A stretch of 61,795 nt of DNA, filler included, from Clostridia bacterium (GCA_030637025.1; 6 parts of 6 records of this genome joined end to end with filler, not necessarily neighbours in it), one strand, 5' to 3'. Shown: positions 27,231 through 38,235, counted from the first letter of the whole stretch. Program-made: numbers and translations. Notes: generated by a model not told the origin, from the sequence alone.

Positions 27231-28160
27231 TTATTTTTTTCTTCTGTCTATAATAAAAGCGCTTTTGTTTTGCTTCTTAACAAATTTCTTTAATTCCATA
27301 GCAACAGCACTTACTTTCGCCGAATGGGTTATTTTTTTATTTTCATTGGTTACCACAGCAATAGCTATGGAGACAAAAGGGAATTTTCTCTTTTTACCTC
27401 TTCTATCCTGAATTATAATGTATCCTTTTTTTCTATCTTCTTCATTATATAAAGCAGGAACCATTGCATCAAAATCTTTAATGATTTGTTTACAGGTAAT
27501 TTCTATTTTATCAATACTGGTAATAGCAATAAAATCATCTCCACCGATATGCCCCAGAAAATCTTCCGAATTACCTAAATCTCTAAAGGTATCTATAATT
27601 ACCTTTTCCGTGGCTTTAATCAGTCCATCTCCCCGAACAAAACCATAATAATCATTAAAGGCTTTAAATTTATTTAAATCCATATAAATTACCGCAAAAG
27701 AATTTTGTGAATGAATTCTTTCTTCAATGTTTTTAATAATAGCATTATTCCCGGGTAAATGGGTCAAAGGATTAGAATCCATATTTTCCATAGTACGCCT
27801 TAATACCATTTCTATACGAGCTAAAAGTAATGCCGTCCGGAAGGGCTTTACCAAATAATCATCCGCTCCCTTACTTAATCCCATTAATTCGTCCCTTTCT
27901 TCTCCCTGGGCAGTTAACATAATAATAGGAAGATTTCTTAATAATAAATCATCTCTTATTTTTTGACAAACCTCGTATCCCCCCATTTCCGGCATCCTTA
28001 CATCCAAAAGAATTAAATCCGGAACTTCACTATAAATCTTTCCCAATGCCTCTTTGCCATTAGCTGCCATAACTACCGTATAGTCTGCCAACTCTAAAGA
28101 ATCTTTAATCATTTCCCGAATATTAGGCTCGTCATCAACAACTAATATTTTATTTTTCAT
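27231..28160 (-). CDS. Response regulator with GGDEF-like (GGDDF) domain
   Basis: REC: VVDDE, LLDVRMP, KPF. Output domain: NPLTHLPGN, DLNKFKAFND.YG, HIGGDDF. Confidence 0.9.
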   Translation of the reverse strand: MKNKILVVDDEPNIREMIKDSLELADYTVVMAANGKEALGKIYSEVPDLILLDVRMPEMGGYEVCQKIRDDLLLRNLPIIMLTAQGEERDELMGLSKGADDYLVKPFRTALLLARIEMVLRRTMENMDSNPLTHLPGNNAIIKNIEERIHSQNSFAVIYMDLNKFKAFNDYYGFVRGDGLIKATEKVIIDTFRDLGNSEDFLGHIGGDDFIAITSIDKIEITCKQIIKDFDAMVPALYNEEDRKKGYIIIQDRRGKKRKFPFVSIAIAVVTNENKKITHSAKVSAVAMELKKFVKKQNKSAFIIDRRKK

Positions 28161-28209
28161 TATTTGCCCTTTCTCTGCTATTTTTTAAATTAATTTTATT
28201 TATTTTATC

Positions 28210-29634
28210 TTATTTTTTGAGTAATGTAAAATGAAATATGCTTCCCTGATTTAATCTGCTCTCTACCCATATCTTACCACCGTGTGCTTCAACAATTCCT
28301 TTTACAATAGCTAACCCCAAACCAGTCCCCTTGGGTTTACCAGATCCTCCGGAAGTCTTACGAACCTGACGGAATTTATCAAACACATAATTTACTGCAT
28401 CCGAAGGGATTCCCACCCCTGTATCCTGAACACTAATTTGCAGGCTATCCCCTTTATCCCGGGCAAAAATGGTTATTCTTCCTCCCGAAGGAGTAAATTT
28501 AAAGGCATTACTGACCAAATTAGTAATCACCTGCTTTATCTTATCAGCATCAGCTAAAATTGGTTTTATATCGGAAGGTATATCCATAACCGTTTTAATC
28601 TGTTTCTCCTCAGTCAAAGGAGTGAATAAAATGAATATTTCCTCAGCTATTTGAGCAATACTTACCTGTTCTTTAACTACCTCCAATTGAGCTGCCTCTA
28701 TTTTAGCCAGATCTAATACATCATTGATAAAACGGGTCAATCGGGTTGTATCACTTTTCATAATCTTTAATGCTTTAATTCTTCTTTCCTCATTCATTTT
28801 TTCCGGAGGTGTATCGATAAAAAGGTCTAGATATCCTTGAATAGCGGTAAGCGGCGATCTCAACTCATGGGAAACACTGGAAACAAAATCCTTCTTCATC
28901 TGGTCCAATTCCTTTAATTTTTCTGCCATACGATTAAACTCCCCGGCCAGAGCACCTAATTCATTTTTGGTATTAATAACAATTTTTGTATCTAAATTAC
29001 CGTCCCCTATGGTTTTTGCTCCCTGCGCCAATTTTCTAATTGGACGGGTTATCTTTCTGGATAAAAGAAACGCCCCGATAATTCCTATCACTAAAGAGAC
29101 TAATGCTACCTGTAATATACGCGCCCGTGTTTTCCCTACTACATCTTTTATCCTTTTATTAATGATATCCTGAGAAAAACCTACTTGAGCAATACCGGTT
29201 TTATTTTGATTTATAATCACGGGAAAGGACAATATATCAAGAAGTTCACCGTTAAGCGGATTAGTATAGATCTGCCTTATAAATTTTGTAGTTCTTTTTG
29301 CTTTTTTCCCTGCAGAACTTTTTAAAACATTTTTTATTAATCTATTCTTACTAGACGTAAGAACTCTACCATTATTGTCCAGATAAAGGCCATATACTAT
29401 AGCCTTATTGGTTTTTTTAATTACATTAATATAATTAAGAAGAAGTATTTCGTCATCCGTAATTAATGCTTCTTTGCAAAGTTGGCTAAAATTTTTAACT
29501 GTACTAATTTCAACATTTTTAATTTCTTCAATCAGAAACTGTTTTTCAAAAAGAAAAAGAAAAATACTTACACCTAAAATAACTATTATTATAAGCATGC
29601 TGGCAAATAAAGTAAACTCTGTCTTTAATTTCAT
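28210..29634 (-). CDS. HAMP-domain sensor histidine kinase
   Basis: 2 TM, HAMP, H-box VSHELRSPL, NLVSNAFKF, DTGVGI, GTGLGL. Confidence 0.93.
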   Translation of the reverse strand: MKLKTEFTLFASMLIIIVILGVSIFLFLFEKQFLIEEIKNVEISTVKNFSQLCKEALITDDEILLLNYINVIKKTNKAIVYGLYLDNNGRVLTSSKNRLIKNVLKSSAGKKAKRTTKFIRQIYTNPLNGELLDILSFPVIINQNKTGIAQVGFSQDIINKRIKDVVGKTRARILQVALVSLVIGIIGAFLLSRKITRPIRKLAQGAKTIGDGNLDTKIVINTKNELGALAGEFNRMAEKLKELDQMKKDFVSSVSHELRSPLTAIQGYLDLFIDTPPEKMNEERRIKALKIMKSDTTRLTRFINDVLDLAKIEAAQLEVVKEQVSIAQIAEEIFILFTPLTEEKQIKTVMDIPSDIKPILADADKIKQVITNLVSNAFKFTPSGGRITIFARDKGDSLQISVQDTGVGIPSDAVNYVFDKFRQVRKTSGGSGKPKGTGLGLAIVKGIVEAHGGKIWVESRLNQGSIFHFTLLKK

Positions 29635-29751
29635 TTAATTTTACCTTTAACTTTTCTTGTTTTCTTATATTTATCTCTTGTAAAACAATATTTACTTTTA
29701 AGTACTAAAAATTAACTCCAAAAATATTTTACTTTTTGTGCTCACAATTTA

Positions 29752-29780
29752 AATTTAATCTTTTCTTTGTTTTTTGTCAA
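29752..29780 (-). promoter_or_regulatory. Putative promoter of the two-component operon
   Basis: TTGACA-17 nt-TAAATT on the minus strand. Confidence 0.55.
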
Positions 29781-29815
29781 CATATTTTCAAACTTCCCAT
29801 CCAATAGACCAACGG

Positions 29816-30012
29816 ATCCACCTTAAAGACTGGCAAGTAGGCAAACAACTGTCTTTTATTTAAATCCCTTTTTCAAAGGGGGAAAAATTGTCCTTTTTCT
29901 TTTGCTATTCGCTATTTGCCATTCGCAGTATTTTATTTTTATCTTTGTCTTTATCTTTGTCTTTGACCAATTCAACAAATTTAAACCAATTAAACTATCT
30001 TTGTTAACTATC
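29816..30012. repeat. Mosaic of short repeats downstream of a CTD gene
   Basis: atccaccttaaagactggcaa; ccctttttcaaagggggaaaaattg (near reverse complement of 61770-61794); (gctattc)-like 7-mers; (atctttgtcttt) x2. Confidence 0.6.
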
Positions 30013-30018
30013 TTTTTT

Positions 30019-31290
30019 TTATTTTATTATCATCAACTTCCCTCTTTTATGTTCTCTTTCGTTTTTAATATAATAAATATATACCCCACTGGCTAATCTC
30101 TTTCCTCCCTTATTTTTTACATCCCAAATAAGTTGCCCGTCCCCGTCTTCTTCTTTAAGCGTTACAATTAACTCACCGCTAATGGTAAATATTTTTATCG
30201 TGGCCTGAGAAGAAAGTCCGGTAAAAGTAATCTGATTATGCCCTTGATAGGCTCTGAACGGAACAGGAAAAGCGTAAGCAGAAGTTAAATTGGTATCATT
30301 TGCTCCCATTAACACAAAAGTAGAAAAGTGCGATACTTTAGCTGTGACGACATTTCGCTCTGCATCCACTACCGAACCCGGTATCCTGACCCATAAATTA
30401 TTATTCTCATCTAAATAATGTATAGCCAAAGTTTTTTCCCTTACCAAAGGAAATGTGCCGTCAACAATACCGTCATTATCATTATCCGAATAAGGAATAG
30501 TTAAATTTACTGCTGCATTAAAATTTATGTTATATAAATTTCCGTTTATATCATACGCATTCAATTCACGCGTTGTTCCGGTAATGGGATACTGTAAATT
30601 ATTTCCTATTCTTTCCAGTTTACTCTCTGCCTGAATAATTCCCTCTTGATTAACCGATTCTAAACCAATCCGAATATAACCATCTTCAGGCAAAGCATTA
30701 GCTGCTAAAACTACTTCGGTGTTTTCATCTTCTCCTCCCACAGTATTAGTAACTGTACTCTCCATTATGGTAACAAATTTCCAGTCCTTACCTCCCAGCA
30801 AAGGATTACCCTCTATATCCTGTGCATCAATTAAAACAATTACCTGATAAGTATAATTTTTATTCAATGGCTCATTCGGTTGAAAAACAACAGTAGTATC
30901 ATTTTCCCAATTAAATACTCCAATTACCAACTCATTTATAACCTGTCCATCTTTATCTCTCACTGCCTTTAAACTCATTGCTGCTTCTACAGAGGTTTTA
31001 TCCATTTCCTTGCTAAATTCTATTCTGATAAAACTGTCCGGCAACAAACCAACTGCTCCTTCATTTGGTTCCATCAATACTACTACCGGCTCTTTAGGGT
31101 AAATTCTGACAACATCATTGGAAATATCCCCGGGGTCATTTCCATCAACATAGGACACATTAACCATTTCTGTACCCAATGCTTCCAATTCAAAATTACC
31201 CTTGGTAGCTGTAGAATTGAGTTTTACAGGAAGTCCTGCAATATTCCGGAATATCCCCGTATCACTTCCGGTCTCGGTTAAGATAAATAC
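30019..31290 (-). CDS. Surface protein with Ig-like (Big_5-type) domain and T9SS/FlgD-like C-terminal domain (5' truncated by gap)
   Basis: Frame open to the gap (LTETGSDTGIF); IEFSKEMD..SV; VSHFSTF; C-terminus AFPVPF..IKIFTISGELI..WDVKN..LASGVYIY..KLMIIK. Confidence 0.8.
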   Translation of the reverse strand, partial: VFILTETGSDTGIFRNIAGLPVKLNSTATKGNFELEALGTEMVNVSYVDGNDPGDISNDVVRIYPKEPVVVLMEPNEGAVGLLPDSFIRIEFSKEMDKTSVEAAMSLKAVRDKDGQVINELVIGVFNWENDTTVVFQPNEPLNKNYTYQVIVLIDAQDIEGNPLLGGKDWKFVTIMESTVTNTVGGEDENTEVVLAANALPEDGYIRIGLESVNQEGIIQAESKLERIGNNLQYPITGTTRELNAYDINGNLYNINFNAAVNLTIPYSDNDNDGIVDGTFPLVREKTLAIHYLDENNNLWVRIPGSVVDAERNVVTAKVSHFSTFVLMGANDTNLTSAYAFPVPFRAYQGHNQITFTGLSSQATIKIFTISGELIVTLKEEDGDGQLIWDVKNKGGKRLASGVYIYYIKNEREHKRGKLMIIK

Positions 31291-31390
31291 NNNNNNNNNN
31301 NNNNNNNNNNNNNNNNNNNNNNNNNNNNNNNNNNTTAATTAATTAANNNNNNNNNNNNNNNNNNNNNNNNNNNNNNNNNNNNNNNNNNNN
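31291..31390. other. Artificial contig spacer
   Basis: N44-TTAATTAATTAA-N44. Confidence 0.97.
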
Positions 31391-32045
31391 AAAGATGAGG
31401 AAATACAAAAAGTTCAAAACGAAATTAACGATAAAAATAAACATATTGAAAATCTCAAAGCCGACCTGAACAAAAAAGAAAAAGAATTAAAACAGGAAAA
31501 AGAAAAATCAGACCAGGAAAAACCCAGGCAGGAAGCCCTAATTAAAACCAAAAATGAGGAGATACAAAAAGTTCAAAACGAAATTAACAATAAAAATAAA
31601 CATATTGAAAATCTTAAAGCCGACCTGAACAAAAAAGAAAAAGAATTAAAACAGGAAAAAGAAAAATCCGACCAGGAAAAACCCAGGCAGGAAACCTTAA
31701 TTAAAACCAAAGATGAGGAAATACAAAAGGTTCAAAACGAAATTAACGATAAAAACAAATATATTGAAAATCTTAAAGCCGACCTGAACAAAAAAGAAGA
31801 AGAATTAAAACAGGAAAAAGAAAAATCCAACCAGGAAAAACCCAAACAGGAAACCTTAATTAAAACCAAAGATGAGGAAATACAAAAAGTTCAAAACGAA
31901 ATTGAAGGTAAAGATAAATATATTGACACTCTCAAAGCCGACCTGAACAGAAAAGAAGAAGAATTAATACGGGGAAAAGAAAAATTAGAGATGGAAAAAA
32001 ACAAACAGCAAGAATTATTTAAGGACAAAGATGAAAAAATACAAA
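31391..32045 (+). repeat. 159-bp coding tandem repeat (4 units plus a degenerate start of a fifth)
   Basis: Units start at 31391, 31550, 31709, 31868 and 32027 (aaagatgaggaaatacaaaaagttcaaaac...). Confidence 0.9.
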
Positions 32046-32836
32046 ACACTCTAAGAGACCTTACAAATGTTAATAAAACAGTCGAAGAGTTCAAAACTAA
32101 AATGAACCAAAAGGAAGAAGAATTTAATCAAATAATTCAGAACAAACATCAGAGATTGCTTTCATTAGAAGAAACCCTGAATAAAGAAAAAGAAAACCTG
32201 CAACAAGAAAGAACTAACTATGAAGTTATTATCAAATTAAAAGAAGAAGAATTGTCCGGTTTAGAAGAACTCTTTAAAAATAAAAAATTCAACCAGGAAG
32301 GCAATGAATTAGAAGAAATTACTGCTCTAAAGGAAAAAATGAAAATAAAAGAAAATGAATATAAAGAAAAACAATCTCAGCTAAACCAGGAGAAACAAAA
32401 CTTAACCCGGAACATAGAAAACCTAAACGAAACCATTGAAAAAGAAAAACAAAGTTATACTGCAATAAAAAGCAAAGAATTTGAAGACAAAGAAAATACA
32501 TTTAAAAAAGAAATTGAGGATTTCAAAACTGCTTTAGAAAAAAACAGAACATTAGTAACCGCTTTAGAAGAAGAAAAGAAAACATGGAAAAAAGAACTCC
32601 AAAAAGAACAAGTAGACAGAGAACAAAGACAAGAAGCGCTAAAAACAGCAATTCGCATAATGAAAGATGAAGAAGCACTCAAAGTCAAATCCGAAAAAGA
32701 ACTAGACAATACAAAAAAAATTAAAGAACAATTGGAACATAAGTTAGCTTCCATAGAAACAAACTTAAAAAATGCTCAAAAAGGAAAGAATAAAAATTTC
32801 TGGGATAAACTTTCTATTCCTGACCTTTTTAAATAA
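31391..32836 (+). CDS. Long coiled-coil protein with 53-aa tandem repeats (5' truncated by gap)
   Basis: Frame open from 31391, in frame with track ORF 31991-32836; K/E/Q/N-rich; ends NFWDKLSIPDLFK. Confidence 0.85.
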   Translation, partial: KDEEIQKVQNEINDKNKHIENLKADLNKKEKELKQEKEKSDQEKPRQEALIKTKNEEIQKVQNEINNKNKHIENLKADLNKKEKELKQEKEKSDQEKPRQETLIKTKDEEIQKVQNEINDKNKYIENLKADLNKKEEELKQEKEKSNQEKPKQETLIKTKDEEIQKVQNEIEGKDKYIDTLKADLNRKEEELIRGKEKLEMEKNKQQELFKDKDEKIQNTLRDLTNVNKTVEEFKTKMNQKEEEFNQIIQNKHQRLLSLEETLNKEKENLQQERTNYEVIIKLKEEELSGLEELFKNKKFNQEGNELEEITALKEKMKIKENEYKEKQSQLNQEKQNLTRNIENLNETIEKEKQSYTAIKSKEFEDKENTFKKEIEDFKTALEKNRTLVTALEEEKKTWKKELQKEQVDREQRQEALKTAIRIMKDEEALKVKSEKELDNTKKIKEQLEHKLASIETNLKNAQKGKNKNFWDKLSIPDLFK

Positions 32837-32915
32837 AACCAATCCAGCCAAAAATATTCTCTAATCTGCTTGCTTTAAAATTCCATCAATAAAAATAATA
32901 AAAATTTCCTTTATA

Positions 32916-32944
32916 TTGCTTTTCCACATTTTTTTTGATATAAT
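32916..32944 (+). promoter_or_regulatory. Promoter of exbB-exbD-guaA
   Basis: TTGCTT-17 nt-TATAAT with extended -10 TG; RBS AAGGAGG before ATG 32989. Confidence 0.65.
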
Positions 32945-32988
32945 CTTGTTATTATTCAAAATAATTAGTTTTCCTGCAAGGAGGAAAA

Positions 32989-33624
32989 ATGAATTTTATC
33001 TGGACAGCTGTGCTAAAAAATGAATCAATTAGTTATCTTCTAAAAGGGGGAATGCTTATGTACCCCCTCTTGATATGTTCTATTCTCTCCATAGCAATCA
33101 TTATCAATAGAATTTGGTTTTACCACTATGCTCATATTAACGAAGAACATTTAATGCATCGAATTAAACAGTTTTTAGATCAAAATATGATAGAAGAAGC
33201 CATAGCTCTGTGTGATTCTACCCAGGGACCTGTTGCTTATATCTTAAAGGCCGGCCTAATCAATCATGCAAAAGGACAGATAGCAATGGAAAAAGCTTTC
33301 GAAGAGGCAGAATTAGAAGCTATTCCTCTTCTGGAAAAATATCTTCCTGTGTTGGGAACTATTGCCAGTATTTCCACTCTTTTAGGTTTTACCGGAACGG
33401 TACTGGGCATGATTAAAGCTTTTAATTCTATTGCTGCTTCCGGTACTTCTTCTCCTACTATAGTTGCTTCCGGGATTGCAGAAGCGTTAATTACTACTGC
33501 CACAGGATTATTAATTGCTATTCCCACGGTAGTTTTCTATCATTATTTTTCTAATCAAGTACACTTATTCACCTTAGAAATAGAAAAACGCTCCAAAAAA
33601 TTAGTTGGACTTTTAAATAAATAA
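32989..33624 (+). CDS. exbB: MotA/TolQ/ExbB proton channel protein
   Basis: KGG..MYPL, LLGFTGTVLGMIKAF, GIAEALITTATGL.IAIP. Confidence 0.85.
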   Translation: MNFIWTAVLKNESISYLLKGGMLMYPLLICSILSIAIIINRIWFYHYAHINEEHLMHRIKQFLDQNMIEEAIALCDSTQGPVAYILKAGLINHAKGQIAMEKAFEEAELEAIPLLEKYLPVLGTIASISTLLGFTGTVLGMIKAFNSIAASGTSSPTIVASGIAEALITTATGLLIAIPTVVFYHYFSNQVHLFTLEIEKRSKKLVGLLNK

Positions 33625-33634
33625 GGGAAAACAA

Positions 33635-34045
33635 ATGAAACGATACAAATACAAATCCAAAGTCAATTTTCAACTGGATCCTGCTCCGATGACAGATGTG
33701 ATTTTTCTCCTGCTAATCTTTTTTATGCTTTCCTCTTCTTTTATAATTAATCAGGGAATCAAAATAAAACTGCCCAAAACAACCGTTTCAAAAGAGCAAT
33801 TAGAAAATAAACTGGTCCTTACTATTACGAAAAAAAATAAGCTATTCCTGAACACTAAACAAGTATCCATAAAAAACTTACCGGTTCAATTAAAAAACGC
33901 TTTAGTTAACCAGAAAGAAAAAATGTTAATTATTAAAGCAGACAAAGATGTTTTACACGGAATAGTTGTAGAAATAATGGATATTGCTAAAACTAACGGT
34001 GTAGAAAAATTAGCTATTGCTACAGAAGCAAAAAAAAATAAATAG
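33635..34045 (+). CDS. exbD: ExbD/TolR protein
   Basis: [33 protein letters not shown]. Confidence 0.87.
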   Translation: MKRYKYKSKVNFQLDPAPMTDVIFLLLIFFMLSSSFIINQGIKIKLPKTTVSKEQLENKLVLTITKKNKLFLNTKQVSIKNLPVQLKNALVNQKEKMLIIKADKDVLHGIVVEIMDIAKTNGVEKLAIATEAKKNK

Positions 34046-34056
34046 GATTATACAAA

Positions 34057-35595
34057 ATGGAAAATTCTGTAATTGTTTTAGATTTTGGTTCACAATATAC
34101 TCAACTTATTGCCCGCCGTATTCGAGAATGCAAGGTGTATTCCGAAATAGTTCCCTATAACATATCCTGCAGGGAATTATTAAATAAAAAACCAAAAGCC
34201 ATTATTTTTTCCGGAGGACCGGCCAGCCTGAGCAAAGAAAATGTTCCTCTTTGCGACAAAAAAATTATCCAATCGGGTATCCCTATTTTAGGCATTTGTT
34301 ATGGCATGCAATTAATTACACTTTTTTTGCGGGGAAGGGTATCCCCTTCTTCTTTATGTGAATATGGCAAAACATCCCTGCACATAAATAAAAAAGACGG
34401 ACTTTTTGCTAATCTTAACTCAAATATAACCGTCTGGATGAGTCATACTGATAAAGTTTATAAATTACCGTCCGGATTTGAATCTATTGCCTCTACACAA
34501 AATTCTTCTATAGCTGCTTTTAGAAATAAAGAAAAAAAACTATATGGAGTACAATTTCATCCTGAAGTGGTCCATACGCCTAAAGGTAAAAAAATTATCG
34601 AGAATTTCTTATATAAAATAGCCCACTGCCAAAAAAACTGGACAATGAAATCACTGGTTAAACATTCGATTAGCAGTATTAGAAAACAAGTCGCAGATAA
34701 AAAAGTAATTTGTGCCTTAAGCGGAGGGGTTGATTCGTCTGTACTTGCAATTCTCCTGCATGAAGCAATTGGCCGTCAGCTGCATTGTGTTTTTGTAAAT
34801 AATGGATTACTGCGCAAAGACGAAGGAGAAAAAGTAGTTAAGACTTTCAAACACCATTACAATATCAATCTAAAATATGTTCGTGCAGAAAAGCGATTTT
34901 TAAAAAAATTAAAGGGAATTATTGATCCGGAAAAGAAAAGAAAAATAATCGGACATGAATTCATTCAAATTTTTCAGGAAGAAGCAAAAAAAATAGGACC
35001 GGTTAACTTTTTAGCTCAGGGAACTCTTTATCCCGATGTAATCGAAAGCATTTCTGCACACTCCGGGCCCTCTGCCACCATTAAAAGCCATCACAATGTC
35101 GGAGGATTACCTAAAAAAATGCACTTAACACTTATTGAGCCTTTCAGGAATTTATTTAAAGACGAGGTAAGAAAAATAGGATTAACTTTAAAACTGCCAC
35201 AAGAAATTATCTGGAGACATCCTTTCCCCGGGCCGGGACTGGCCATTAGAATTGTTGGGAATGTTTCTGCGGAAAGAATTAAAATCCTTCAAGCGGCAGA
35301 TGCAATTGTTATAGAAGAAATAAAAAAAGCCGGCCTTTACCGAAAAATATGGCAAGCTTTTGCCGTACTGCTTCCAATTAAAAGCGTAGGAGTAATGGGA
35401 GACGCTCGTACTTATGAAAATGTAATTGCCTTACGGGCAGTTACCAGTTGTGACGGGATGACTGCTGATTGGGCTAAATTACCCGATAGTTTATTAGGGG
35501 AAATTTCTAACAAAATCATAAATCAGGTAAAAGGTGTAAACAGGATAGTTTATGACATTAGTTCAAAACCGCCCAGCACCATAGAATGGGAATAA
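34057..35595 (+). CDS. guaA: GMP synthase (glutamine-hydrolysing)
   Basis: [42 protein letters not shown]. Confidence 0.98.
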   Translation: MENSVIVLDFGSQYTQLIARRIRECKVYSEIVPYNISCRELLNKKPKAIIFSGGPASLSKENVPLCDKKIIQSGIPILGICYGMQLITLFLRGRVSPSSLCEYGKTSLHINKKDGLFANLNSNITVWMSHTDKVYKLPSGFESIASTQNSSIAAFRNKEKKLYGVQFHPEVVHTPKGKKIIENFLYKIAHCQKNWTMKSLVKHSISSIRKQVADKKVICALSGGVDSSVLAILLHEAIGRQLHCVFVNNGLLRKDEGEKVVKTFKHHYNINLKYVRAEKRFLKKLKGIIDPEKKRKIIGHEFIQIFQEEAKKIGPVNFLAQGTLYPDVIESISAHSGPSATIKSHHNVGGLPKKMHLTLIEPFRNLFKDEVRKIGLTLKLPQEIIWRHPFPGPGLAIRIVGNVSAERIKILQAADAIVIEEIKKAGLYRKIWQAFAVLLPIKSVGVMGDARTYENVIALRAVTSCDGMTADWAKLPDSLLGEISNKIINQVKGVNRIVYDISSKPPSTIEWE

Positions 35596-35618
35596 ATTTA
35601 TTTTACTTTCGTTTTAAA

Positions 35619-36653
35619 TTATAAACTAAAATTTTCCTCTATTTTCAAATTAGGCTCAACATTCAAATCTAATTGTTGTAAAGAAAAACACCTGTTTTTT
35701 ACGTCTTTAAAATATTTTTTCATCTTGTAATATCCTAAACAAGCAATCATTGCTGCATTATCTGTACACAAACAGAGTGCAGGAAAATAAACTTTAATTC
35801 TATTTTTTTTTGCCTGGATTTTTAAATATTTTCTCAAGGCAGAGTTAGCAGACACCCCTCCCCCTAAAACAATTTTCCCTACTTTCATTTCTTTAGCAGC
35901 GTTTATTGCTTTTGCTGTTAAAACCTCTATCACCGACTGTTGAAACCCGGCTACTATATCAGCTGCAGAATTATTTTCTTTCCTCGAAACAACATAATTT
36001 ACCACCGCTGTTTTAAGCCCGCTAAAACTAAAATCAAAACTCTTACCTAAAAAAGGGCGGGGAAACCTTATTTTCTTAGCATCGCCTTCCCGGGACAAGC
36101 GATCAATTACCGGCCCACCCGGATAACCAAGATTTAAAAACTTAGCTACCTTATCAAACGCCTCCCCCACAGCATCATCCCGGGTCCTTCCTAAAATTTT
36201 ATATTGATCAAAATCATGAAAATAAATTAAATCGGTATGTCCTCCGGAAATAACCAGAGAAACAAAAGGAGGCTTTAACGAAGAAAATTCCAAAAAATTA
36301 GCATATATATGTGCCTCTAAATGATTAACGCCTACCAACGGCAAATCATGCACATAAGCAAGAGACTTAGCAGTCATCATCCCAATCAGCAAAGCACCAA
36401 TCAATCCCGGACCGCGAGTCACAGCTATACAATCTAAAGCATTAAGTTTTATTCCTGCCTCTTTTAATGCTTTTTCTACAACAAAATTTATAATCTCTAA
36501 ATGTCTGCGGGAAGCAAGTTCAGGAACTACTCCTCCATATTTTTTGTGAATAACATCCTGAGAGGAAACAATATTAGAAAGAATTTTAGTCCCGTCCTCA
36601 ACTACTGCTACTGATGTATCATCACAAGACGTATCTATTCCTAATACAAGCAT
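35619..36653 (-). CDS. tsaD: tRNA N6-adenosine threonylcarbamoyltransferase
   Basis: GIDTSCDDT, GGVVPELASRRH, HLEAH, SGGHT, DDAVGEAFDK, TDNAAMI. Confidence 0.96.
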   Translation of the reverse strand: MLVLGIDTSCDDTSVAVVEDGTKILSNIVSSQDVIHKKYGGVVPELASRRHLEIINFVVEKALKEAGIKLNALDCIAVTRGPGLIGALLIGMMTAKSLAYVHDLPLVGVNHLEAHIYANFLEFSSLKPPFVSLVISGGHTDLIYFHDFDQYKILGRTRDDAVGEAFDKVAKFLNLGYPGGPVIDRLSREGDAKKIRFPRPFLGKSFDFSFSGLKTAVVNYVVSRKENNSAADIVAGFQQSVIEVLTAKAINAAKEMKVGKIVLGGGVSANSALRKYLKIQAKKNRIKVYFPALCLCTDNAAMIACLGYYKMKKYFKDVKNRCFSLQQLDLNVEPNLKIEENFSL

Positions 36654-36820
36654 AGTATATCCCTACAATTTAAAAAAATTTTAATTTTATACCCAGACAC
36701 TGATCCATCTAAGTGCAGCAATTCACAATTTACGGTTCTTTCGTAAATAATATAGGAAAAAAGGGGAAATGTGTTTTGGACGATTTACCAATGGTCCTAA
36801 TTTCTTAAATTTTTATTAAG

Positions 36821-37927
36821 TTAGTCCACTAATTCTGAAACAAATACAAATTCTACGCCTTTTTCTTTTAAGATATTAATTTCTTCTGCTAAAACAATGG
36901 GGGTTGCCTTCCGTTGAACATGACCGATAGCAACCACATTTCCTTCTTTCAAAACTTTTCTATAAGCTAACTTTAATTGTTTTCGTACATAATTAATATC
37001 ATCTTTATTATCTAAAAAAACTTTATTTTTTGCAAATTTCAAACCTAAATCCTTACTAATTCTGTCTGCAAAAGAACTGGTTGTATTAGAATCAAGAAAA
37101 AATAAACCCTTTTCTTTTACACAAGCAAGCAGTACCTTTAACTTTTCTCCATTCTCCATAAATCTTGACCCCATATGATTATTTACACCAACAGCATCAG
37201 GAACACTTTCTAAATTAGAAAAAAAGATTTCTTTTATTTTACCGGCAGACATAGAAGTAAAAATAGCCCATGGCCCCGGATTTATTTTGGGGTAAGCTTT
37301 TGGCTCAAGGGGAAGATGGAGAAGAACCTCTTTCCCCGCTTTTGCTATTTTCCCGGATAAAATAGTAGAATATTTTTCCCGGGGTAAAATGCAAAAAGTT
37401 ATAGGAATATCAAGCTTTAAGAATTTATCAACAAACCTTTCATTGTACCCAACATCATCAATAACTAAAGCAATCCTATATTTCTTTTCTTTTATTCTCT
37501 TTCTCCACAAAATTAAATTTTGTAAAATCGTAGAATCCTTACCACAGATTATTTTTAACTTCTCTCCGGTTTCTGCTAAATCTACCTCGTGGATGTCTCC
37601 CCCTATTTCTTCCACTGCGGCAATAATCCGTTCTTTACAAACAGACAAGGAACAACCATCGGGAATCTTAATTTCTTTTGTTATTTCCAACCAACACATA
37701 GTTTCATTTTTTTTCTGCTGATGATATTTTTTCAATAAATCTTCATTACTAAACCCTAAAGAAATCAATTCTTCATCTATACGTTTATCCAGTTTTTGAG
37801 AAAAAAAGGTATAATCCACAAAATCCACGGGCATTTTTTTCTTTATTAATTTATGCCAATACCATCCGCCTAAGATTATTAAAATAATAAATAGAAACTT
37901 AATTATTGATTTACTTTTTTTTCTCAT
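36821..37927 (-). CDS. Divergent polysaccharide deacetylase family protein
   Basis: IALVIDDVG, LHLPLEP, NNHMGS, FLDS, FLDN, AIGH; N-terminal TM; follows ctpA. Confidence 0.88.
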   Translation of the reverse strand: MRKKSKSIIKFLFIILIILGGWYWHKLIKKKMPVDFVDYTFFSQKLDKRIDEELISLGFSNEDLLKKYHQQKKNETMCWLEITKEIKIPDGCSLSVCKERIIAAVEEIGGDIHEVDLAETGEKLKIICGKDSTILQNLILWRKRIKEKKYRIALVIDDVGYNERFVDKFLKLDIPITFCILPREKYSTILSGKIAKAGKEVLLHLPLEPKAYPKINPGPWAIFTSMSAGKIKEIFFSNLESVPDAVGVNNHMGSRFMENGEKLKVLLACVKEKGLFFLDSNTTSSFADRISKDLGLKFAKNKVFLDNKDDINYVRKQLKLAYRKVLKEGNVVAIGHVQRKATPIVLAEEINILKEKGVEFVFVSELVD

Positions 37928-38234
37928 TTTTTATTTCTTTCTCCTTTAAAGAAGGAAGTAAAAAAAATTCTCTCGCTTTTAAAATGTCTATTGCTCTACT
38001 CAATTGAACATCCTCTATTTTTTCTATTTCTTTCTCTTTTTTATTTAATTTTTTTATTAACTTTTCTTCTTCCTGCATCATTAACTTTATTTCCAATTCT
38101 CTGGAAATAGACACATCAATATCCGGGGTAATCCCTATATCATGAATACATCTGCCTTTAGGCGTATAATATTTAGCAGTGGTCAACCTTAATGCAGAAC
38201 CATCGGAAAGAGGAATAACTGTCTGTACCGATCC
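37911..38234 (-). CDS. ctpA: S41 carboxy-terminal processing protease, C-terminal part (5' truncated by gap)
   Basis: GSVQTVIPLSDGSALRLTTAKYYTPKGRCIH..GITPD...D.QL.RA. Confidence 0.88.
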   Translation of the reverse strand, partial: GSVQTVIPLSDGSALRLTTAKYYTPKGRCIHDIGITPDIDVSISRELEIKLMMQEEEKLIKKLNKKEKEIEKIEDVQLSRAIDILKAREFFLLPSLKEKEIKNEKKK

Positions 38235-38235
38235 T

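Noticed and set aside
31391-32045. Regular repeats as a possible CRISPR array
   Set aside because: Units are 159 bp, contiguous, in frame and coding, with no unique spacers and no cas genes.
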